Made by a program: the position numbers and the translations under genes. Shown here one piece after another: positions 13,346 through 23,722 of a stretch of 37,979 nucleotides of DNA. Source of the stretch: Basidiobolus ranarum (taxonomy: Eukaryota); contig JASJQH010006926.1 in assembly GCA_040143965.1 (NCBI GenBank), positions 1-37,979 on the forward strand, in the 5' to 3' direction. The notes under the pieces are model-generated. The model was not told where the DNA came from. It saw nothing but the letters and a program-made list of their open reading frames with translations, and did no database searches. The stretch's first letter is position 1. Each line of letters opens with the position of its first letter.

Positions 13346-15264
13346 GGCGATTTATGTGTTAGGGAGAAAAAGAGAGGATGGTGAACTTCTTTACGATTTT
13401 GAACTTACAGCTATTTATAAAGTATCAAGGTGACGCTATAATGTTGAATATATTTAGTAATACACTGAGCTTTAACTGTGGGACAATGGATGATGGTGAA
13501 ACTTCTACAATCTTAATACATACATGTAGTGCCGAAAGAATCACCTCGATATTTTTCAGTCCCTTTAGAATATCAAACAATATACCTGTTTCTTTCGAAG
13601 GTTTGTGTAGAATATACTAGCTTTTTATGTCGTTCAACTGATTTCATGTCTACAATCGATTTTCTTTCATCGTTGATGTTAAGTAAAATCTCACAACATA
13701 TCCAGATAACGCAGTGGCCGTGTAAAACAATTTTCGTGTTACATATGTCCTGTTTCTAAATGGTTGTTCTTTGTACCCATCCAACCTTCCCCAGTTTTTT
13801 TTTCAAAATCTCTATAGTTACCATGATTTAGTAAATATCGAAGGTTGAGTCAAATCGATAATTTAATCATGTTCCTCGAATTAGGTAAGACAAGAAGTGG
13901 CTATATGGTTGGATATTTGGGCGTGCTATCCACTCATTACCAGGAATCCTTTTTATCTGTTCTTTGTGGTGCCAATGGTATTTACAATTAAACAAGAAAT
14001 TCGATAAATCGAATCTACATGTGCTCATTATGGTCTGGGGTATTGATAGCCACATGAAACTATGACTTGGAGTGTCGATGATTACGAAGAAAAGGGAAAG
14101 GAAGTTCAGCAACAGGTGCATGCAATTTTCAAATATGGATTGCGCTTATTACAATAGAAACACGATCAATCTCCGTTTCGGCGAAAGTGAATAATGGGGA
14201 GGGTTATCATCGGCACACGGTTCCATGATCGTTCAACCCATATTTCCGAATATTAAGCATGTAATCCTAACTTTGTCACTCAGTACCTTGTGGTCCAGTT
14301 TGGTTTTATTGAAAATCAACTGTGTTACGATGTCAATATCAAGGAAGAAAACATGAATGCATTTGATGAAGTTTGATTTACACTTATAGTTGAAAGACAC
14401 CCGACACCCGACTCAACGCCATATCTGACTTGGTGTAAGACCAACTATGGACTCCATCGGAAATTGCATATTCAACCGAGAAGACCACTTACAGGTGATC
14501 TAGATCAACACGCTTTTCTTTCCCTTTCAACTTTGGCATCTAAGCCAATAAGTTACGATATAATGATCATGTTGTGTATGCAGAGTATGTTGTAATGCGA
14601 AATTACAATGAACAGAGGATGAAAATAGTTGATACATCCAAATACTCAAAAATAATATAGCTTCTAGAATCACTACTCAATCAAATTTCTATCAGAACAC
14701 TTTCCAGAGCGATTTAGATAATATCTGGGAAAAGAGAAAGAGAACACCAGATATCAATGGAAGCAGGAATACTCCAGATATGAATCGATAAAATTACTAA
14801 GCTTACTTTGACTCGTTGTAGACTGTTCAGCATAGAAGCAGGGTATGGACTGCATATGACAACTGGTTGGTTCGTAAATATCTGATTAGTAGTACGTTGA
14901 ACTCCAAGCTGAAAATGACGTCTGAGATATTGGGGTCATCTACATGAGTTATTTCACAATATAGGAGAGATTTGTGATATTCAAACTATATCGCTTTATG
15001 TGACTTTTTATAATTCCTACTAAGTTCAGTTTCATGTGGAGTGTAATTAACGTTGATGACATCTAATAATACTAATTATTATTAAATGGAAAATACCTAT
15101 ACTTTCATCGATGATTTCCATATTTAATTGTTCGGCGAGACCCTTCTATAGTCACTGTGCGATTTAATCTGTGAAGAAAGCTTAACGAAACTTTTTCAAT
15201 TATGAGCTTAAACTCTCGAGAAACAATAGTGTAGTGAATTTTCTGACAGATAGAAAATAGAGAA

Positions 15265-17538
15265 ATGAACACCAGTTTACTTTCAGTTTCCAAAAGACTA
15301 CTTTCAAGGGAATCTTGTAGCCATGCATTGTTCAAAACCTTTTCGAAGACCACAACTCGTAGACATGGTTCCATCGTAAGTATAAAAAATATAAAGAGTT
15401 TCCATTGGCTTTTTAATTTAATACCTGAGGTTCTTTTATTTTGAATAAGGTAAAATCCTCGAACTTTGAGCAAATGGAGACATATTTCAACAACATAGAC
15501 ACATATAACTTAAAAATCAACGCTCTCACTTCAGTTGCCAAGAAAACAGGATTATTAGAAGAATTGGAAAACCAACAAACACAAGGTGCAGAGTCGACGT
15601 TATCTCTCCTTTATTTCTCAAGTTTATTGAAATACTCAAGTTTGAGTTATAGTTACCTCGAAACCACACTTGGAAGGGTTGCCCATTGCAGTCAAAGCCA
15701 ATTTTTGCACTCAAGATTTCCCTACCACTTGCAGTTCCAACATGTTAAAAGGTAATTTAGATGTTTATACTTGTGCCACAGAATTCCTATATTTAACGTA
15801 AGACTTATTAAAAAATCCCAGATTTTACCGCTCCTTATGATGCTAGTGTGGTGGAGTATATCAAAGAAGCTGGTGGTCTTATTATTGGAAAGACCAATAT
15901 GGATGAATTTGGAATGGGGTAATGAATGAACTAATCATCCAGTATTCAATGAAAAATCATAGCATTTGACTAACTCTCTACGTGGTAAATAATTAGTTCT
16001 GCTAACACATTTAGCGCTCACGGTATCACATATAATCCTGCCACTCTGAAATTGAGAAATGACTCTTCCATTGAATTAAACGAAGAGAATTCCAGAGTAG
16101 CTGGAGGGAGCTCCGGTGGAAGCGCCGCTGCTGTTGCTACGGACATGTGTTTTGCGTAAGGTTTTCGCTACGATTAATATAAGAAAATTATACTCAAACT
16201 TATTTGATTTAGCGCTCTTGGTTCTGATACTGGCGGTTCTGTTCGTCTTCCTGCGTCCTATTGCGGAGTGGTTGGTTTCAAACCATCGTACGGTCGTTGT
16301 TCGCGATATGGCTTGGTCTCATACGCTAACTCGCTTGACACCGTAGGCATATTGGCCAAAAGCGTTGATAATGTTGAAAAAGTGTACGGTACGTCACCCT
16401 CAAGAATTTAGTACTCATACTAAATACTAATGTATGTTGGATTCAGACGTTATCTCTAAGTTTGATTCAAGAGACCCTACGGCGATTCCGGTTGATATGC
16501 GAACAAAGATTGATGAAAATCGATTGAAACTTGATTTGTTTAAGACTGAAGGATTACAGGGTCTTAGAGTTGGCGTTCCAGAGGTAGAACTCGATATATA
16601 CATCTATATACACATCGATACATTTGTTAAGTCTTGTTTGTAGGAATATTACGTGGAGGAGCTTACTCAACCCTCTTTAGATACATGGGAAAAGTCCATT
16701 GAATACCTTCGAAGCCAGGGTGCCACTATTGTTCCAGTTTCATGTCCATACACTCGATATGCACTCTCTGCCTATTATGTTTTAGCTCCCGCCGAGGCCT
16801 CGTCCAATTTAGCTCGTTATGATGGTGTACGATATGGTATGAATAGTAGAATATATCTCCTCGCGCTTTAATTTTTATTCACACTCTCGCTCAAATAAGG
16901 ACATAGAGACTGTGAGAATATACCCAAACCTGGTGAACTTTATTCCAAAACTAGGGACGAAGGATTTGGTCCCGAAGTACAACGTAGAATTCTCTTAGGC
17001 ACTTACGTACTTACCGCCAAGTAAGTTCACTAAATAATAGATGAAATCCTCAGATTATTCACACCTAATTTAAACTTTTCAGCGCTTACGATCAATATTT
17101 CCTTCAAGCTCAGAGGATTCGTCGTCTCATTCAGGAAGATTTCAATAAAGTGTTTGCTTTACCTAATCTTCTTACCCCTGGGTACTCTGATGACCAATCC
17201 GGCCCTAACGTTCATGTACTCATCACCCCTGCTGCTATATCTACAGCACCGTTAGTAAAGGACTACCAAACCTCAAACAATCCTGTGGACGCTTATGTTA
17301 ATGATGTTATGACAGTCCCTCCTTCTCTTGCCGGTAACCATCTCTATTTCTTATACATCCTCTAACATCTTTCTAACTCTTTAATGGACACTTCTAAGGT
17401 ATCCCAGCCATTACCGTTCCATTTGGTAAATCCAGCGTGGATGAACATCCAATTGGTGTTCAATTACTCTCACAATTTGGAGATGAAAAGACCTTGTTAA
17501 AAGTAGCCTCCTACCTTGAATCCGGAAAGCAAACATAA
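15265..17538 (+). CDS. HER2: Mitochondrial glutamyl-tRNA(Gln) amidotransferase subunit A, 11 exons
   Basis: Presequence-like exon 1 ([15 protein letters not shown]..); [79 protein letters not shown]. Confidence 0.93.
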
Positions 17539-17834
17539 CTGTAGTCAGTCTCCATCCTCCATCTTCCACTCTCCTCTTCTTACACTTCCATACATTGATT
17601 ACCAAATAAAATGACATCATGTTTATTTTGTAGAGAATTGAAATACTAAGATTTGAAAATTCCCAAATCATAATACATTTTAGAGAGCACATACTCAATG
17701 TATGTTTGGAGTAGAAAACCGGGCAAAAAATACAACAGGGGTTTATTATAGCAAGTGAAGTTCAATCTACTACTAAAAATATTGTGGTTTTGGAATGTAA
17801 TTGAATCAAAGGTAAAGTATTCATCTAAAGATGA

Positions 17835-19823
17835 TTAATAGTTGCCACGTCTCCGAGGAGCAGCTCTAAGGATGTCATCTACACGCAAGATCATCTCAGC
17901 TGCTTCAGAAGAACTGAGTAAAACTTGACGCTTAAGTTTGAAGGATTCGGTGATACCAAGTTTTTGAACATCAGCAACTTCTCCATTGTACATGTCAAGA
18001 CCGTGAGTTTTCTTGTTTTCATAATGGGCTGCCTTCAATTTGGATACGAGATCTGCGCTATCGTAACCACCGTTATCGGCCAAAATGGTGGGGATTTGTC
18101 TTAAAGCCTTGGAGAATGATTCCATAGCAATAGCTTGTTTACCGGGAGTAACAGCGGCAAGTTCATCAACAGCCTTGGACATCAACATCTCAGAGCAACC
18201 ACCACCGAGGACAGTACGTGGCTCTCTGATAGTTTGGGATAGAACGCAGAGAGCATCATGAAGAGAACGCTCGGCTTCGTCAAGAATTTGATGAGTGGCA
18301 CCACGAATGACAACGGTACAGGCTTCACCGGCAGCAACACCAGAGAATTTGACCATCTTATCCTCACCAATCATGATCTCCTCAATCAAGTCACAGTGAC
18401 CAAGCTTTACAAGCTCAGGGTTATTGAAAGTAGAGGCAATCTCACCACCGGTGACAAGAGCCAATCTTTCAACACCTTCGAAGTCAGCGTGTTCAATGGC
18501 AGCAATACCGGCATCGGCAAATAGTTGCTCGGGCCAGTTATAAATAAGTTGACGATTAACGAAGCAGTTGATTCCGTGAGCTTTAATCTTTTCAACCTTT
18601 TCCTTCATCTTGTCCTTCTCAGCTCTCTCCAACTCGGCTAATTTGCCGGTAGCGTCTACACGAACACGAGCACCGAAGATCTTGATCTTATCGGTATCCA
18701 TGGAGGTATTAGCGATAAGGATCTTGGCATTCTCAATACGCTTGGGTTGATTCACACCAATCTTTTTGTCGAAAATAAAACCTAAAGAACAAGTCGACGG
18801 TGAGTGAAAATTGATAAGAAATTATTATTAAACTAAAAGAAAATACCTTCATCCAAGAAAGAGTCACAAAGACGTCCACCGACCTTCTTGATAATTTGGA
18901 TGTTATCCAAGTTAGTGCTGCCTTTCAAACGTAAAACGGCATCGACAGCAAGGTTGGAGAAATATTCCTTATCTTGAGACAATACTTTGGAACTCAAGGT
19001 AGTACGAGCAATGTTAATAAGATCTTTTCTGAACTCTTCAGCGTTTTGGCTATGATCTTGAGCGGAAGCTTCCAGAGCTTGGAATGCAGCCTTGCTTGCA
19101 AGTCTATATCCATCAATGATAGTTTGAGGATGAATCTTTTGTCCAACAAGTTTCTCAGCCTCTCTCAAGAGTTCAGAGGCAAGAACACAAACAGAGGTAG
19201 TTCCATCACCTACTTCATCATCTTGAACTTTGGAAATATCTGAAGGTAGATGTTAAGGATATACAACAAAAAATACCGACTATTCGCATAGGTATACAAA
19301 CGAAGAACACAAACAAAAAGGATACTGACAAGAACCTTGGCGGCAGCATTGTCCAAAGCAATAGATTTGAGGATAGTGGCACCATCGTTGGTTACCATAA
19401 TAGAACCATCAGTTCCAGATTGCAAGATTTTGTCCTGTAGTAGCAGGTTATTTAGGTTGTGAAGTGTTACCAAAAGAAAAAAACACCACTTACCATGCCT
19501 TTGGGACCTAAAGTGCTCTTAACTAAATCACCAACGGCGATAGCACCTACATAACAAGACTATCAACAAGCATAGAAAAATTTGACAAGGATTAATATTT
19601 TTTGATTTGTTATGATTAAGAGAAATATTCAAAAATTATCTAACCAAACGAGCATTTTCGGCACGCTCTTGTGTGGCTTCTTCGTTAAAAATCTGAACGG
19701 GAGTAAGAGACTAGAGATAAGCGAAGAGATGGTTACTACTTGAAAGATCGGAAGTAAATCTGAACACGTGAAGTAAAATAAATCCTTCAATGAGTCAAAT
19801 ATAAGAAATAAAGAATATACCAT
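17835..19823 (-). CDS. CCT2: Chaperonin CCT/TRiC subunit beta; first coding exon is the ATG alone
   Basis: ATG|GTATAT intron 19711-19820 then [79 protein letters not shown]. Confidence 0.97.
19240..19325 (-). other. U12-type (minor spliceosome) GT-AG intron in CCT2
   Basis: 5' splice site GTATCCTTTTT; branch site TCCTTAAC (19252-19259) ending 12 nt before the 3' end (CAG); removal restores [17 protein letters not shown]. Confidence 0.9.
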
Positions 19824-20413
19824 GATAAATGCTATGAACTAAAAGTCAAGACCTCCGGGTGTTCTGTAGTGTTCAGTTATGTAACCGAATGATATTTTTA
19901 TTCGAGGCAATAGATTACAATGGTCCCCCCTCCCCCTTCTTCCAGGTAACCAACCACATATCTAGGATATTGTTTTTTTTCTTGATTCTCTCTATTGATG
20001 ATTTCCGAAAAAAAAGCTTCCAATTTGTTCTTCAAACCAAATCATGATAGCAAAGTTATCCGAATTTTACTCATGATTGGTATAACTTTTAAACCAAATT
20101 TGAGAGAAAAAAATCAGCTCAAAGAAATTTGTTTGTTGAACACGGATTACAAAAAAGAAGCTTCGAAATATACTGCGAACAAGTCGTTCATCATGTTTAA
20201 CCAGAGTTTAATTGAAGATTACTAAATAAAGTCCGTACTGATAAGTGTGAAGAGTGAGATAAATAATAGTCGGATTTACAATAATACGACAACTCAAGGG
20301 GTAGGAAGACGCTACATAGCCAACCCAACTCTATAGAAACTTGAGTTATGCTCACTACAACTATTCAAATGTGTTGAAAACCTCAATGACCTTGTTTACC
20401 AAGAGTGATGAAT

Positions 20414-20629
20414 TCAATTAACGGATGTTTTGACTCGAGCACTATGAAGTCTACTCTCCAGCTTAGTCTTTATGGGTAGGTAGTAATCGTTCGATAGACC
20501 CAAAATTACATTATAGGCTGCTAAGCTGAAATATACGCCCAAATCAAGGCATACAAGCAATAGAACAGGAAGAATAGTCAAGAGTGGAAGAATCAAAAAC
20601 CAGGGATTGAACTCGATGAGGCTGTACAT
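20414..20629 (-). CDS. Putative small membrane protein, 71 aa, unknown function
   Basis: ATG-initiated ORF with long hydrophobic stretch (PWFLILPLLTILPVLLLVCLDLGVYF) and basic tail; TATATAAA about 120 nt upstream; no family recognised. Confidence 0.45.
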   Translation of the reverse strand: MYSLIEFNPWFLILPLLTILPVLLLVCLDLGVYFSLAAYNVILGLSNDYYLPIKTKLESRLHSARVKTSVN

Positions 20630-21062
20630 TATGCTGGTGAGTATATGCTAAGAGTTTAATGGGCTCGCCAAAGAGGATGGTTAGTAAACCGAGGTATAGA
20701 GGTATTATTTACGAAACAACGGATATGGTGAATGGTAGTGTGAGCTTTATATATTGTTTGCAATGGGATAATCTACTTAGTTTCGCCATTGATTAGTATC
20801 TTTAAACCCCAACAGTAGATTTATAAAATAAAATGACCAATTATAACTCGTATCTAGTGGCTTAGTTGACAATTTCGTAACCTGGACACGGGTAAACATA
20901 TATTGACCTCCATAATCTGGGAGAGCCGTGGCCAATGATCTTCCAATAAGTTAGACTAGATAACATATTCAAGAGAGAAACAGGATTGCGAGTATTTGGG
21001 CCAAGATAGGTTTATTTATACATGTAAGTAATGCTGCATATATGCTCTCAAATATAAACTCG

Positions 21063-21374
21063 TCAACAAAATTGTCTCTGTTCACGCACAACCAACTCCC
21101 GTAGCATCTCGGTAAGGATCACCAGCGGATTCTGTCTAGTTTCATTCAAATCTCCTCCAAGGGACTCCGTTCTGGGAATGATTCTGGTCGATTCTGACGA
21201 TAAAAACGAGCTCGAATTCATTTGATCTACTCTGGCATCCAGCACCAGACGATATAGTTGGGTATAGAATTCGAGGTTGGATCTGCGCCGTGCAATTGGG
21301 GTTTGGCATGGAGTAGAGAGGATTGATTCAGAAGAGGTATTGGATGCTTGATAAGTGTTCAATGGAAGACCCAT
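21063..21374 (-). CDS. Hypothetical protein, 103 aa
   Basis: ATG-initiated intronless ORF (MGLPLNTYQ..RRRSNLEFYTQLYRLVLDAR..NPLVILTEMLRELVVREQRQFC), GC-richer than flanks, AATAAA about 45 nt past the stop; no family recognised. Confidence 0.4.
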   Translation of the reverse strand: MGLPLNTYQASNTSSESILSTPCQTPIARRRSNLEFYTQLYRLVLDARVDQMNSSSFLSSESTRIIPRTESLGGDLNETRQNPLVILTEMLRELVVREQRQFC

Positions 21375-21698
21375 GGTTCGATTGATCAAAGCTGAGTGAG
21401 AAGAATATCTGAATTTCCATTTGGAATCAATTTGGCCGGTTTTATTTCCAGTTGATTGGAAACCGTGGATTCATCCGAGAGCTACTCCGTTTCATCTTCA
21501 TTATTACTTTGTATCAAGCAAAATCTGATGACAATGTAATTGTTGCATATCATGGATCACCTAGATCGACACCTAAATCGATTAATCTGATCGATACCAA
21601 GCTTTTGGTGTTCTAATGGAATGATCGATACAGGTAGCATAACATCCAGTGGAACATCCAGGGCGACTACCTTTAATAATCACACTGGAGAGATGTTA

Positions 21699-21715
21699 AT
21701 ATATATATATATATA
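21699..21715. repeat. (AT)n microsatellite
   Basis: 17 nt of alternating AT. Confidence 0.8.
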
Positions 21716-22042
21716 CAAGCACCACGTTATGATGAATTCTACCAAATCTGTCTCGCGTGTAACATACACTTAATTTGCTACGTCGATGCCCTCACCTAAT
21801 AATCTGCGTCATATAGCTGGTGAGAATAGCCCAATCAAGTTTTAATATTTGCAAATTGGGATTGCAGTCTTCTTGCAAGTATATATGATGGTTTGAGCCC
21901 GCTTCTTTATGCAGAAGTACCATTATTAATAACTCTATCACGGTTCATAGCATTCAATAATTTCAACTCAAGTTCCCTTACAACGTTACATATTGCTTAC
22001 CTTACCAAAACCTTAATACCTTCCACCCAACACTGAATAGAG

Positions 22043-23480
22043 ATGAGGTTCTCCACTGCGTTACTGGTTACGACCTTTGCAGTAGTGAGTGCCGACAATC
22101 TAGTTCGCATGAAGCTTCGTCGAGACTCTCCAGAAATTTCTGGGAGCCTTATTGGTAGTTTGCAAGCACAACTTGACGGACTCTACGAAAAATACCCCGA
22201 ATATATAAAAAAACCGACTTTACGTAAAAGAGACGAGAATCTGGTGAACGACCGAGATATGGCATATTATGGAGAGATTTTTATTGGAACTCCTCCTCAG
22301 TCTTTCAAAGTTATCTTCGATACTGGTAGCTCAGATTTATGGATTCCTTCGAACCAGTGTGTTTCACCGGCATGTATCTCTCATGACAGGTTTAACGATA
22401 CCGCTTCTTCTACTTTCCGAACCAACAACGAACAATTCTCTATTAAATATGGTACAGGTGATTTGACTGGTGTGATCAGTCAGGATACTGTCACTGTCGG
22501 TAACATCACCATTAATGAACAAATATTTGGCGTTGCTTTACGTGAAGCAGATTTCTTTAAAAATGTCAAAGCAGATGGTATTTTGGGATTAGGATTTTCA
22601 ACCATTAGTTCGATGAAAGCTCTTCCACCATTCTACACCATGATTGCGCAGAAGAAAGTGAAACAAAGCATATTCGGTGTTTCACTTGGAACCTACCCTA
22701 CTGGAGGTGAGATAACTTTTGGTGGAACTGATAGTAGTCGGTATAGTGGAGATCTACAATGGTCACCCGTTGTTAGAAAAGGTTATTGGGAGGTTGCACT
22801 ACAATCCATAAACCTTGGAACTACCCAAATTCCACTACGATCCAAGAGTGTTGCCTTGGATACTGGTACCAGCTTAATTGCGATGCCCGCAGATGAAGCA
22901 CGTCAAATTAATCAGCTTCTAGGTGGTATTTCCGCTAGTAATAGCCAAGGGATCTATATTGTTTCTTGTAAAGCCAATTTGCCTAATATTACGTTTCAGA
23001 TTGGCGGTCAATCCTATGTATTGACTCCAAAACAATACCTCTTACGAGATGGGAATCAGTGTATCTCTGCTTTTACCGCTATCCAAGTTAATCAGGTACA
23101 AGCATTTCATTTAGCATCATTTTATCATTTATCATATATTAATTTTTGTAATTGGCTAGCCCATTTGGATCGTTGGTGATGTATTCCTGAGACAGTATTA
23201 CTCTGCCTACGATGTGGAGAGCAGTAGAGTCGGTTTAGCCCCGGTAAGCTATCAATTATCTAAAATGCGAGTCAATCAATCTGGCTAATCCATTTGCTCC
23301 TTTTAGTCCATTCAAAATAAAGATTCTCCTGGAGTAGTTGGTGGCAACAATGGCTCTAGTAATGGTGGCAAAGGGAACTCTGGGACTGGCAGCGTCAATG
23401 GGAGTGAAGGAGTCAATTCATTAGGGCTCCCTGGAGTAATGATTACAGCGGCCGCTTTCGTGTATTCTTTATTAAACTAA
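22043..23480 (+). CDS. Secreted pepsin-family (A1) aspartic protease with probable GPI-anchor tail, 3 exons
   Basis: Signal peptide, propeptide ending LRKR, catalytic DTGSS and DTGTS, YGTG flap; exons 22043-23095, 23160-23243 ([18 protein letters not shown]), 23307-23480 (Gly/Ser/Asn linker plus hydrophobic [15 protein letters not shown]). Confidence 0.93.
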
Positions 23481-23722
23481 TAATAACCCCTTTTTGCATT
23501 TTTGGTAAACAATAATTGAACCATTTTACATGATTGAATCTAATTATTTGAGCGTATATTTGGAAAGAGTTTCAATTGATTAGTGAATAGGATAGGGGAA
23601 AGGATACTGAGGTTATGACTGATCAGTGGCTAATTAGTGTACACACTCTAACGCTGCTTAGACATTATGCGGTTCTCCTAAAGAGTTTTATCTGCTGATA
23701 TTTACTGAATAGCTCAAAACAA

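Noticed and set aside
14162-14232. 7-bp stem ACGATCA/TGATCGT enclosing smaller hairpins
   Set aside because: Short stems expected by chance; matches no RNA family I know.
14257-14595. ~113-codon plus-strand frame with a single TGA (14374-14376), considered as selenoprotein or pseudogene
   Set aside because: No selenoprotein motif around the TGA, the downstream ATGA..AAAA hairpin lacks the 3' GA core of a SECIS, and no protein family is recognisable.
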